Source of the DNA: Candidatus Omnitrophota bacterium
GTDB taxonomy: Bacteria; Omnitrophota; Gorgyraeia; JABMRN01; RBG-13-46-9
NCBI GenBank assembly: GCA_016782425.1
Contig: JADHYN010000006.1
Location: forward strand, 2,190 to 66,189
Reading direction: 5' to 3'
Length of the DNA: 64,000 nucleotides
Below the pieces are notes generated by a model that saw only the letters and a list, made by a program, of their open reading frames with translations, did not search any database and was not told where the DNA came from. The position numbers and the translations under genes were made by a program. Within the stretch, counting starts at the first letter, position 1; every line of letters starts with the position of its first letter. Below are positions 19,037 through 27,634 of this stretch, one piece after another.

Positions 19037-21127
19037 GTGGCAAAGATCGATAAGATAAGGGTAAAACGCATCCTGGTGATTACACTCAGCAATATAGGCG
19101 ATGTTATCCTTACCACCCCTGTCGTGGAAACCTTGCTCAAGGAATTTCCGGCTTCCCGGTTGGATGTCATGGTGGGGCCCAACGGGAAAGAAATTTTTGA
19201 AGCTCACGAGAAAATCAGGGACACGATAATATACGACAAAAAGGCCTCGGCACTTACTAAATCCAGGCTTTTTATCGCATTGTGGAAGAAAAGATACGAC
19301 CTTGTAGTGGATTTGCGCAATACAATTCTGCCGCTTGTCCTCGGCGCAAGATTCATCACGAATCCCCTCAGGCATAAGAGTAAAGGCAGGATGCACAAAA
19401 AAGACGTTCACCTCTGGCGCTTGCAGGAAATAGGTATTGATACATCGGAGGGTTCATTTTACATCCCTATCAAAGATGATGACAGGAAATATATAGAGAA
19501 TATTCTGGAAGGGTTTAAAGGAAAACCCTTTGTCGTAGTAAGCCCGGGCGCAAAAAGCCACCTGAAAAGGTGGCCCCTTAAGAATTTCGCCAAACTCTCT
19601 GATCTGCTGAAACAGGACCTCGGATATGAAGTAGTGCTGGTGGGCGACGAAAACGACAAAATCGTAATAGAAAGAACTTTATTCTACATGAAGACAAGCC
19701 CGGTTAATCTTATCGAGAAGACTAACATACGAGAGCTTGCACATTTAATAAAGAAAAGCAAATTACTCATAACAAACGACAGCGCACCTCTACACGTCGG
19801 TAGTGCGGTGGGCGCTTCTATGCTTTCATTTTTCGGACCCACTGACTATAAAAAATACGGCCCGGTTACGAAAGCCGAAAACAGGGTCTTGCGTAAAGAT
19901 ATAGAATGCTCACCGTGCGAGGTCCCGCAGTGCATAAAAACACTGAATAAATACGAGTGCCTTAAGACGATTTCTGTCGAGGAGGCGTTCCTGGCGGCAA
20001 AGGAGCTTATATCTGAACCGTTTGCAATTTCCAATTCAACCTGTCCCCATCGTAATGATAACACCTATGGGGACAGGTTGAACGGGGAATCGCAAACGGT
20101 TCATAAACGCATCCTCCTCACGCGAACGGATAGAATCGGCGACGTGGTTCTCTCAACCCCTGCCATTAAAGCCATGAGGGATAAATATCCAGACGCCCAC
20201 ATTGCATTCATGGTAAGGCCATACGCGAATGACATTGTAGAGGGTAATCCGTATCTGGACGAGGTAATAATCTACGATAAATACGGAAAGCACAAGAGCC
20301 TCTTCGGCACGATTCTCTTCGCGCTGGGGCTACGAAAGAAAAAATTCGACATGGCCATAATACTGCATCCGACTAACCGCGTGCATCTGATTTCGTATCT
20401 TGCAGGCATTCCGGAAAGAATCGGATATGATAGGAAGCTTGCGTTTTTCCTGACAAAAAAAATTCCGCATTCCAAGCAGGAAGGTAAAAAGCACGAGTTA
20501 GAATACACGCTCGATCTCTTAAAATCAATAGGAATCAAGGCAAAGGATAAAGAACTTTTTGTCCCCGTACAAGAGAGGAATATAGAGACGATCGAAAAAC
20601 TGCTTGACGAACATCACATAGGCAAGGATATACCCCTCATCGCGGTAAACCCCGGAGCAAGCTGCCCGTCCAAAAGATGGCCTCCCAAAAAGTTCGCCGT
20701 TATTTGTGATAATCTGGCAAGCAGATACAAAGCCAGGATATTGATAGTGGCCGACGAAGCAAATACCGAATTCGCAAGCGCCGTAGCAAAGGCTATGAAA
20801 TACGAACCCGTAAACCTTGCCGGTAGGACTAGCGTTGGTGAATTGGCAGCCCTTCTTTCAAAATGCAGACTTTTTATATCAAACGATTCCGGACCTGTCC
20901 ACATTGCATGCGCCGTCGATATACCCACGATCTCCATCTTCGGAAGAAAAGACCCGGGCCTTTCGCCGAAACGGTGGAGGCCAACCGGCCAGAAAAGCAC
21001 GGTTTTCCACAAAGATGTTGGCTGCAACCCTTGCCTTGCCCATAACTGTAAGATCGGCTTTAAGTGTCTCGAAGCAATTACCCCATCAGAGGTCTTCGAA
21101 AAAGCCGAGAGGCTTCTTCTTGATTGA
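19037..21127 (+). CDS. Tandem double GT9 (heptosyltransferase-like) fusion protein, GTG start
   Basis: Two complete GT9 units: ILVITLSNIGDVILTTP...NDSAPLHV...FGPTD, and ILLTRTDRIGDVVLSTP...NDSGPVHIA...FGRKDP. They are joined by a linker encoded by the palindrome at 20015..20102. Confidence 0.8.
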   Translation: MAKIDKIRVKRILVITLSNIGDVILTTPVVETLLKEFPASRLDVMVGPNGKEIFEAHEKIRDTIIYDKKASALTKSRLFIALWKKRYDLVVDLRNTILPLVLGARFITNPLRHKSKGRMHKKDVHLWRLQEIGIDTSEGSFYIPIKDDDRKYIENILEGFKGKPFVVVSPGAKSHLKRWPLKNFAKLSDLLKQDLGYEVVLVGDENDKIVIERTLFYMKTSPVNLIEKTNIRELAHLIKKSKLLITNDSAPLHVGSAVGASMLSFFGPTDYKKYGPVTKAENRVLRKDIECSPCEVPQCIKTLNKYECLKTISVEEAFLAAKELISEPFAISNSTCPHRNDNTYGDRLNGESQTVHKRILLTRTDRIGDVVLSTPAIKAMRDKYPDAHIAFMVRPYANDIVEGNPYLDEVIIYDKYGKHKSLFGTILFALGLRKKKFDMAIILHPTNRVHLISYLAGIPERIGYDRKLAFFLTKKIPHSKQEGKKHELEYTLDLLKSIGIKAKDKELFVPVQERNIETIEKLLDEHHIGKDIPLIAVNPGASCPSKRWPPKKFAVICDNLASRYKARILIVADEANTEFASAVAKAMKYEPVNLAGRTSVGELAALLSKCRLFISNDSGPVHIACAVDIPTISIFGRKDPGLSPKRWRPTGQKSTVFHKDVGCNPCLAHNCKIGFKCLEAITPSEVFEKAERLLLD
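20015..20102. repeat. 88-nt intragenic extended palindrome encoding the GT9-GT9 linker
   Basis: Outer arms GAACCGTTTGC / GCAAACGGTTC (11 bp, perfect). Inner arms TTCAACCTGTCCCCA / TGGGGACAGGTTGAA (15 bp, perfect). 18-nt loop. No stop codon in the gene's frame. Confidence 0.85.
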
Positions 21128-21153
21128 CAATATCACAATATATATGATAGAAT
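21124..21153 (+). promoter_or_regulatory. Sigma70-like promoter candidate TTGACA-18 nt-(TGa)TAGAAT
   Basis: Consensus -35 overlapping the upstream stop codon, and an extended -10. Only 9 nt separate the -10 from the ATG at 21163, with no SD, so the mRNA would be leaderless or nearly so. Confidence 0.5.
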
Positions 21154-21162
21154 TATTGGCCT

Positions 21163-22173
21163 ATGAAATCCCAGAGTTTCGCAAAACTTAAGACTATTAT
21201 TTCGAATTTCAAGGATAAGAAGATTCTCGTTATAGGGGATCTTATTCTTGATGAATTCATATGGGGCAAGGTCTCGCGCATATCGCCGGAAGCACCCGTT
21301 CCCGTGGTATGGGTAAAAGACGAAAGCTTCATGCCCGGAGGAGCCTCGAACGTGGCGAATAATATTAATTCACTAGGCGGTAAGGCATATTTAGTAGGCG
21401 TTGTAGGTAACGACGAAAGAGCCGGAATATTAAAAGGTGAGTTAGAACATAGGGGCGTTAACATTGATGGTATCTTTGCCGACAGCCAGAGACCGACAAT
21501 CCTTAAAACGCGCGTTATCGCGCACCAGCAACAGGTTGTACGCATCGATAAGGAGAAGGTAGACCCCCTGAAAGACAGCACTATAAGGAAGATTTCCAAC
21601 TTTGTAGAAGACGTTATCAACGAAATAGACGGTTTGATCGTGGAGGATTATGGCAAGGGTCTAATTACACCGAAACTCCTCGACAGGATAGTTCCCCTGG
21701 CAAGAAGAAAAAAGAAAATCATAGCCGTTGACCCAAAAGAAGAACATTTTGCTTATTACAAGGGTGTCACGCTTTTGACGCCGAATAACGCCGAGGCTTC
21801 TCGCGCTGTAGGTTTTGAAATAAAGGACAAAGGATCGCTTAAAAAAGCAGGCCTTGAACTTCTTAAAAGATTAAAATTACGTGTTTTACTCATTACACTT
21901 GGGGAAGACGGAATGATGGTTTTTGAGGAAGGAAAACCTCCAAGAAAAATAGAAACGCTTGCCCAAGAGGTTTTTGACGTCTCAGGAGCAGGCGACACCG
22001 TGGTAAGTACTTATATGCTTTCACTCTTATCAGGTGCAAATCCCATTCAGGCAGCTCATATAGCCAATTGTGCCGCCGGAGTTGTGGTAGGCAAAATTGG
22101 CATAGCGGTTATTACAGAAGACGAAATTATAAAAAGAGTAAAGGAAGAAATAGAAAAGGCAAAACTTTCATGA
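21163..22173 (+). CDS. hldA: D-glycero-beta-D-manno-heptose-7-phosphate kinase (RfaE domain I only)
   Basis: ILVIGDLILDEFIWGKVSRISPEAPVPVV and DVSGAGDTV (PfkB/ribokinase family). No adenylyltransferase domain is attached. Confidence 0.85.
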   Translation: MKSQSFAKLKTIISNFKDKKILVIGDLILDEFIWGKVSRISPEAPVPVVWVKDESFMPGGASNVANNINSLGGKAYLVGVVGNDERAGILKGELEHRGVNIDGIFADSQRPTILKTRVIAHQQQVVRIDKEKVDPLKDSTIRKISNFVEDVINEIDGLIVEDYGKGLITPKLLDRIVPLARRKKKIIAVDPKEEHFAYYKGVTLLTPNNAEASRAVGFEIKDKGSLKKAGLELLKRLKLRVLLITLGEDGMMVFEEGKPPRKIETLAQEVFDVSGAGDTVVSTYMLSLLSGANPIQAAHIANCAAGVVVGKIGIAVITEDEIIKRVKEEIEKAKLS

Positions 22174-22174
22174 G

Positions 22175-22309
22175 CCCCGTTAGATCTCAAAAGATTCTAA
22201 TTAGGGGTAGATTCTTTAGATAATTTTTGTTCAAGTCGAGAATCATTTGAGACAAGGGAATTAGAATGCGCATAACGAATAAACCAGTTCGAAAGGAGAT
22301 CTAACGGGG
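22175..22309 (+). promoter_or_regulatory. Structured kdsB leader: 14-bp perfect inverted repeat CCCCGTTAGATCTC / GAGATCTAACGGGG bracketing 107 nt
   Basis: The left arm starts 1 nt after the hldA stop. The right arm overlaps the 3' end of the AAAGGAG RBS and ends on the first base of the GTG start. Nested stems ATTCTAATT/AATTAGAAT and GATTCT/AGAATC. Confidence 0.6.
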
Positions 22310-23106
22310 TGAGGGCAATAGGCGTAATACCGGCAAGATGGAAAGCCTCGAGATTCGAAGGCAAGGTGCTGGCAAATCTCCTGGGAAAACCCCTGATACA
22401 GCACGTCTGGGAGAGGGCAAAGGAATCCAGAATGCTGGACGACTTGATTATCGCAACCGACAACGAAGAGGTAATAAAGGTTGTCGAAGGTTTCGGAGGA
22501 AAGGCCGTTTACACATCCAAGGATCAACCCTCCGGCACGGACCGCATCGCTGAAGTGATAAACCCTCTTGAGGTCGAAGTAATAGTAAATATACAAGGCG
22601 ACGAGCCCCTTATGCACCACGCCATAATAGATAGTCTGGCAAATACGCTTCTAGAAGATAAAACGATACCAATGGCAACGGCAGTAAAAAAGATAGACAG
22701 AATAAAGGATGTGCTGAATCCGAACGTCGTAAAAGTCGTAATCGACAAGGATGGCTATGCGCTTTATTTTTCAAGAAGCCCCATTCCTTATGTCCGCAAG
22801 ACGGACGAACCCCAATCGATGCTGGATATCCATTCCTGGTTTCCCGGACATTTATCCGAAGAGGAATTGCGCGTTTACTACAAACACATAGGTATTTATG
22901 CCTATACGAAAGATTTTTTATTTACTTATACAAATCTACCGAAGTCCAAACTGGAAGAAACAGAAAAACTAGAACAGTTAAGGGCAATCGAAAACGGCTA
23001 CAAAATAAAGACAATCGAAACGGAATTCGACACCGTGGGTGTTGATACGCCCGAGGATTTAAAAAAAGCCGAAGAGATACTAAAAGAGCAGGGTAATAAG
23101 ACATGA
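22309..23106 (+). CDS. kdsB: 3-deoxy-manno-octulosonate cytidylyltransferase (CMP-Kdo synthetase), GTG start
   Basis: IPARWKASRFEGKVLA and IQGDEPL motifs. Kdo operon context. Confidence 0.9.
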   Translation: MRAIGVIPARWKASRFEGKVLANLLGKPLIQHVWERAKESRMLDDLIIATDNEEVIKVVEGFGGKAVYTSKDQPSGTDRIAEVINPLEVEVIVNIQGDEPLMHHAIIDSLANTLLEDKTIPMATAVKKIDRIKDVLNPNVVKVVIDKDGYALYFSRSPIPYVRKTDEPQSMLDIHSWFPGHLSEEELRVYYKHIGIYAYTKDFLFTYTNLPKSKLEETEKLEQLRAIENGYKIKTIETEFDTVGVDTPEDLKKAEEILKEQGNKT

Positions 23107-23918
23107 CTACAGAGATAAACGTGAAAAATGTCAAAATAGGCGGGGAAAATCCGATTGTTCTTATCGCGGGTCCGTGCGTTATCGAATCGGAAAAAAGTGC
23201 CGTGCGACACGCTAATGCAATAAAAAAGATAGCAGATAAAATAGGCATGCCTTTTATTTTCAAATCCAGTTACGACAAGGCAAACCGTTCCTCCATCCGC
23301 TCTTATCGGGGGCCGGGGCTCAAAAAGGGCCTGGCGATTTTAAAAAAAGTAAAGCAGTCGGTAAAAATCCCGGTCTTGAGCGACGTTCATTCGCCGAAGG
23401 AAGTCGATGAAGCAAAGCGCATACTGGATATAATTCAGATACCAGCGCTTCTTTCCCGTCAGACCGATCTCATTCTTGTAGCCGCCAAGACAAAAAAGCC
23501 GATAAACATCAAGAAAGGGCAGTTCCTTTCGCCGTGGGACATCCGAAATGTCATAGAGAAGGCAGAATCCGCCGGGAATCGCAATATAATGATTACGGAA
23601 AGAGGAACAAGTTTCGGGTACAACATGCTGGTTAGCGATTTTCGTTCTATTATCATCATGAAAAAATTCGGCTATCCAGTCTGCTTTGACGCTTCGCACT
23701 CGGTTCAACTTCCGGGAGGATTAGGCACGAAAAGCGGGGGACAAAAAGAGTTTATAGCCCCGCTTGCTTCCTGCGCGGTTATGTGCGGTATAGACGCCGT
23801 ATTTATCGAGGTTCATGAAAATCCGAAGAAGGCTTTGAGTGACGGGCCGAACATGATGAAATTAAGTACCCTGGAAAAATTTGTAAACAGGATAAAAAAA
23901 TTGGAGATCGTCAGATGA
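23103..23918 (+). CDS. kdsA: 2-dehydro-3-deoxyphosphooctonate aldolase (Kdo-8-P synthase)
   Basis: IAGPCVIES, KSSYDKANRSS and DASHSVQLPGG motifs. ATGA overlap with kdsB. Confidence 0.9.
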   Translation: MTTEINVKNVKIGGENPIVLIAGPCVIESEKSAVRHANAIKKIADKIGMPFIFKSSYDKANRSSIRSYRGPGLKKGLAILKKVKQSVKIPVLSDVHSPKEVDEAKRILDIIQIPALLSRQTDLILVAAKTKKPINIKKGQFLSPWDIRNVIEKAESAGNRNIMITERGTSFGYNMLVSDFRSIIIMKKFGYPVCFDASHSVQLPGGLGTKSGGQKEFIAPLASCAVMCGIDAVFIEVHENPKKALSDGPNMMKLSTLEKFVNRIKKLEIVR

Positions 23919-24027
23919 ACCCCGTTTTTCCTAGAAGCATCATAATAATTGGCATAAGGAGGAACGGGAATAGTTTGGCAAAGATTGAAATCAGAAAGTA
24001 ACATTGAAAGGAAAGGAAGAACGGGGT
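23919..24027 (+). promoter_or_regulatory. kdsD leader bracketed by ACCCCGTT / AACGGGGT (8-bp inverted repeat)
   Basis: The left arm starts immediately after the kdsA stop. The right arm overlaps the GTG start at 24026. Same architecture and same AACGGGGTGA start context as kdsB. Confidence 0.4.
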
Positions 24028-24997
24028 GAAGAGATCAAAAACGCAAGAAGGCGCCAGGAAAGTTCTTAACATAGAAGCCAAGGCTATTTTGGAGCTTGCC
24101 AAAAGGATCGATAAAAATTTCGAAAAGGTAATAAATTTTCTGACGAAGATCAAGGGCCGGATTATCGTGACCGGAATGGGAAAACCCGGTTTCATCGCCC
24201 AGAAGATCTCGGCAACTCTATCCTCTACAGGAACACCTTCCTTATACCTGCATCCTGCCGAGGCGTTGCACGGCGATCTGGGAAGGGTGACAAAGGAGGA
24301 TTGCCTTCTTGTTTTTTCTAATAGCGGCGGGACCGAGGAACTCGTAAAACTTTTGCCTATCGTTAAAAAGATCGGCGCGCGCCTCATAGCCGTTGTCGGC
24401 AATACGAAATCCGTGCTTGCCAGAAATGCCGATTTTACCCTGGATGTTTCCGTAAAGAAAGAGGCCTGCTCGCTAGGATTGGCACCGACTACATCCACCA
24501 CTGCGATGCTCGCGATGGGCGATGCACTTTCGGTGAGCCTTTTGGGCAAAAAGGGTTTTAAAGAAAAAGATTTCGCCCTCTATCACCCCGGAGGAACGCT
24601 GGGTAAAAGATTACTTTTAAAAGTAGAGGATATCATGCGTACGGGCACAGCAAGCCCGTGCGTCAGGGAAAACACGCCCGTGAGAGATGTTTTATTGAAA
24701 ATCACGAAGGCAAGGGCCGGATCAGCAAGCGTTGTGAACACCGCTGGCATCTTAACGGGATTATTCACGGACGGCGATCTCCGAAGACACTTAAGCGGCA
24801 AGGTAAATATAGCCAACAAAAAAATAAAAGAGGTCATGACAAAAACTCCCACTACGATAAGAAAGGACAAGCTCGCCGCGGAGGCATTCCAGATCCTCCG
24901 CTCAAAGAAAATAGACGAAATCCCAGTCATCGACAAGAAGGGAAAACCCATAGGCCTCCTCGACGTGCAGGACATCCTGAAAGCGGGGCTTGTATAA
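24026..24997 (+). CDS. kdsD: Arabinose-5-phosphate isomerase (KpsF/GutQ family; SIS plus two CBS domains), GTG start
   Basis: VTGMGKPGFIAQKISATLSSTGTP SIS motif and a C-terminal CBS pair. Confidence 0.9.
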   Translation: MKRSKTQEGARKVLNIEAKAILELAKRIDKNFEKVINFLTKIKGRIIVTGMGKPGFIAQKISATLSSTGTPSLYLHPAEALHGDLGRVTKEDCLLVFSNSGGTEELVKLLPIVKKIGARLIAVVGNTKSVLARNADFTLDVSVKKEACSLGLAPTTSTTAMLAMGDALSVSLLGKKGFKEKDFALYHPGGTLGKRLLLKVEDIMRTGTASPCVRENTPVRDVLLKITKARAGSASVVNTAGILTGLFTDGDLRRHLSGKVNIANKKIKEVMTKTPTTIRKDKLAAEAFQILRSKKIDEIPVIDKKGKPIGLLDVQDILKAGLV

Positions 24998-25515
24998 TGG
25001 GCATAGCGGAGCGCGCCAGAAAGATAAAACTTCTTTTGTTGGATGTCGATGGCGTTCTCACCGACGGAAGGATAATCATAGGAAGTTACGGAGACGAAAT
25101 CAAAAACTTCGATGTGGCCGACGGACTTGGCATCATACTCATGCAAAGAGCCGGCATAAAATGCGCCATCATAACGGCGAAAAACTCAAAGATAGTCAAG
25201 ATACGCGCCAAGCATCTCGGAATAAGCAAAATCTACGAAAATCATTATAAGATAAAATCTCTAAAAGATATTGTAAGAAGATTCAAGGTAAAAGAAGACG
25301 AGATTTGTTTCGTTGGTGACGATTTAATTGACATACCGATTTTGAAAAGAACCGGACTTGCCGTGGCGGTACCAAACGCTGTCAAGGAGGTAAAGGATAT
25401 AGCGCACTATGTGACCGAGAATAAAGGCGGACGGGGCGCCGTAAGAGAAGTATGCGAAATAATCCTAAAATACCAGGGCAAGTGGGAAGAAATAACAAAA
25501 AGATATTTCGAATAA
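24997..25515 (+). CDS. kdsC: 3-deoxy-D-manno-octulosonate 8-phosphate phosphatase
   Basis: LLLLDVDGVLTDG HAD motif and GDDLIDIP. TAATG overlap with kdsD. The upstream 113 codons of ORF-track 24658..25515 are judged spurious. Confidence 0.85.
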   Translation: MGIAERARKIKLLLLDVDGVLTDGRIIIGSYGDEIKNFDVADGLGIILMQRAGIKCAIITAKNSKIVKIRAKHLGISKIYENHYKIKSLKDIVRRFKVKEDEICFVGDDLIDIPILKRTGLAVAVPNAVKEVKDIAHYVTENKGGRGAVREVCEIILKYQGKWEEITKRYFE

Positions 25516-25516
25516 A

Positions 25517-25873
25517 ATGTACGAGATAAAAATCACGGACGAATTTTGCGGGGCACATAAATTACGCGGTTACAAAGGGGAATGCGAAGCGCTTCACGGC
25601 CACAACTGGAAAACAGAGATCAGCGTGTACTCAAAAACTACCGGCAAAAACGGCATGGTGATGGATTTTAAAATTCTGAAAGATAGATTAAAAGGTGTTT
25701 TATCATCTATTGACCACAAATATTTAAACGATCTAGCGTATTTTAAAAAGAAAAATCCTACCTCAGAAAACATAGCAGAGTTTATACATAAAAATTTATC
25801 CCGGTATATAAAGCAAAAGATAAAGGTGTCTGTTTGGGAAACTGCCACCTCATGCGCAAGTTTCGAGAAATAA
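25517..25873 (+). CDS. queD: 6-carboxy-5,6,7,8-tetrahydropterin synthase
   Basis: FCGAHKLRGYKGECEALHGHNW motif, 118 aa. Confidence 0.9.
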   Translation: MYEIKITDEFCGAHKLRGYKGECEALHGHNWKTEISVYSKTTGKNGMVMDFKILKDRLKGVLSSIDHKYLNDLAYFKKKNPTSENIAEFIHKNLSRYIKQKIKVSVWETATSCASFEK

Positions 25874-25882
25874 CAAATAACA

Positions 25883-26548
25883 ATGAAACGAGCCATTGTC
25901 CTTCTATCCGGGGGAATTGATTCGGCGACCACGTTATTCCTGGCCAAGAAGAAAGGATTCCGACCCCAATCCTTGATTTTTGATTACGGCCAGAGGCACA
26001 GAAAAGAAATAGAATTTGCGAAAAAACTTGCCAAGCGCGCACGCTCCCCTTATAAGATATTAAAGCTTTCCTTTCCGCAAAAAAGCACCTCTCTCGTCGG
26101 CAGGAAGAGGGAAATTCCGCTTCGCAGATCTTTAAAAGAGATCAAAAAAAGAATTCCCTCGACGTATGTACCCGCGCGGAATCTCGTTTTCCTAAGCATT
26201 GCCGCCTCGTTTGCCGAAAGCATGGCCGCGCGCGCTGTATTTATAGGTGCCCACACGGAGGATTATTCGGGTTATCCCGATTGCAGGAAAGAGTTTTTCA
26301 CCGTGTTTAAAAAAGCGATCACCGCGGGCACAAAAGACGGAAAGAATCTCAGGATTTACGCGCCCCTGGTGAACAAAAACAAAAAGGAAATTATAAAACT
26401 CGGCATCAAGTTAAAAGTTCCGTTTGAATTTACGTGGTCGTGTTATACCGGTGGCAAGAAACCGTGCGGTGTCTGCGACAGCTGTTTTTTCAGAAAAAAA
26501 GCATTTAAAGAATTAGGGATAAACGACCCATATTTTAAAGAAAAATGA
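25883..26548 (+). CDS. queC: 7-cyano-7-deazaguanine synthase
   Basis: AIVLLSGGIDSAT PP-loop and a C-terminal CxxC...CGVCDSC zinc site. Confidence 0.9.
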   Translation: MKRAIVLLSGGIDSATTLFLAKKKGFRPQSLIFDYGQRHRKEIEFAKKLAKRARSPYKILKLSFPQKSTSLVGRKREIPLRRSLKEIKKRIPSTYVPARNLVFLSIAASFAESMAARAVFIGAHTEDYSGYPDCRKEFFTVFKKAITAGTKDGKNLRIYAPLVNKNKKEIIKLGIKLKVPFEFTWSCYTGGKKPCGVCDSCFFRKKAFKELGINDPYFKEK

Positions 26549-27228
26549 AAGAAGCCCGAATATCGGAGATATTTCTTTCACTGCAGGGCGAGGGAATATA
26601 CGTAGGCATACCCCAGGTTTTTGTGAGATTCTACGGCTGTGGTCTCTCATGCGTTTTTTGCGACACAAATCCGGATTCTTACAAAATCTTTAAAAGGGAC
26701 GCGCTTATAAGCAAGCTCTTGGAATACAAAGATCCGTATCACTCGGTCTCCCTTACCGGCGGAGAACCACTCGTCCAGACAGATTTTATCGAGGATTTTT
26801 TACGTGAATATAAAAAATTTTACAAGAAACAATTTTATCTCGAGACAAACGGGATACTTTACAAAAAACTTTCCAGGGTAATCGAGTATATCGACATAAT
26901 TGCGATGGATTTTAAGCTTCCTTCCTCGACCGGCATGAAGGCTTTCTGGGAAGAGCACGAAAGATTTCTGGAGATTGCCAGAAAGAAAAAGACCTTTGTG
27001 AAAACGATTGTTACGGCAAGAACCGAATCCAAGGATATAATACGCATGGCCGAGATAACGAAAAAGGTAGCCCCGCATGTACCGGTTGTGCTACAACCCG
27101 TTACGACTCTCATCGAAAGCGAAAAAGTCCGCAGTAAAGATTTAGAACATTTTCGCAATATAATAGCAAGCTTCATGCCTCGCATAGAGGTGATTCATCA
27201 GGTACACAAGATGATCGGGGCAAGGTGA
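26545..27228 (+). CDS. queE: 7-carboxy-7-deazaguanine synthase (radical SAM)
   Basis: EIFLSLQGEGIYVGIPQVFVRFYGCGLSCVFCDT. que operon context. Confidence 0.85.
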   Translation: MKEARISEIFLSLQGEGIYVGIPQVFVRFYGCGLSCVFCDTNPDSYKIFKRDALISKLLEYKDPYHSVSLTGGEPLVQTDFIEDFLREYKKFYKKQFYLETNGILYKKLSRVIEYIDIIAMDFKLPSSTGMKAFWEEHERFLEIARKKKTFVKTIVTARTESKDIIRMAEITKKVAPHVPVVLQPVTTLIESEKVRSKDLEHFRNIIASFMPRIEVIHQVHKMIGAR

Positions 27229-27235
27229 GGATCGC

Positions 27236-27634
27236 ATGAAAAAGAAAAAGTCTTCATATCAGGGCCTGCAGCAAAACATACGAAAACTACAACTGCCAAA
27301 AATAGAGGTCTGGGAGAATAAGTACAAGGATAAGGATTACACCGTACATCTCCAGACAGGCGAATTTACATGTATATGCCCCAAAACAGACCTTCCGGAT
27401 TTCGCGAATCTCTACATCGATTATAAACCCGATAAGATGTGTGTGGAACTTAAGTCCTTCAAGATGTATATTACTGCTTTTCGTAACGTCGGCATATTTC
27501 ACGAACACGTTACAAATCGCATTCTGGATGACTTTGTCGCCGCTTCAAAACCCCGCTGGGCGAAGATACGCGCCGAATTCAACCTCCGCGGCGGTATAAA
27601 GACGACAGTAGAAAGGGAATATAAGCGGATTTGA
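27236..27634 (+). CDS. queF: NADPH-dependent 7-cyano-7-deazaguanine reductase (type I)
   Basis: FTCICPKTDLPDFANLYIDY and the QueF motif E(L/S)KSFKMY...HE. Confidence 0.9.
   Translation: MKKKKSSYQGLQQNIRKLQLPKIEVWENKYKDKDYTVHLQTGEFTCICPKTDLPDFANLYIDYKPDKMCVELKSFKMYITAFRNVGIFHEHVTNRILDDFVAASKPRWAKIRAEFNLRGGIKTTVEREYKRI

Noticed and set aside
24658-24996. A 113-codon N-terminal extension of the kdsC ORF (ORF-track 24658..25515) overlapping kdsD in another frame.
   Set aside because: The extension is extremely Arg/Lys/His-rich with no homology signal and overlaps the well-supported CBS domains of kdsD. The HAD domain starts at the TAATG-coupled ATG at 24997.
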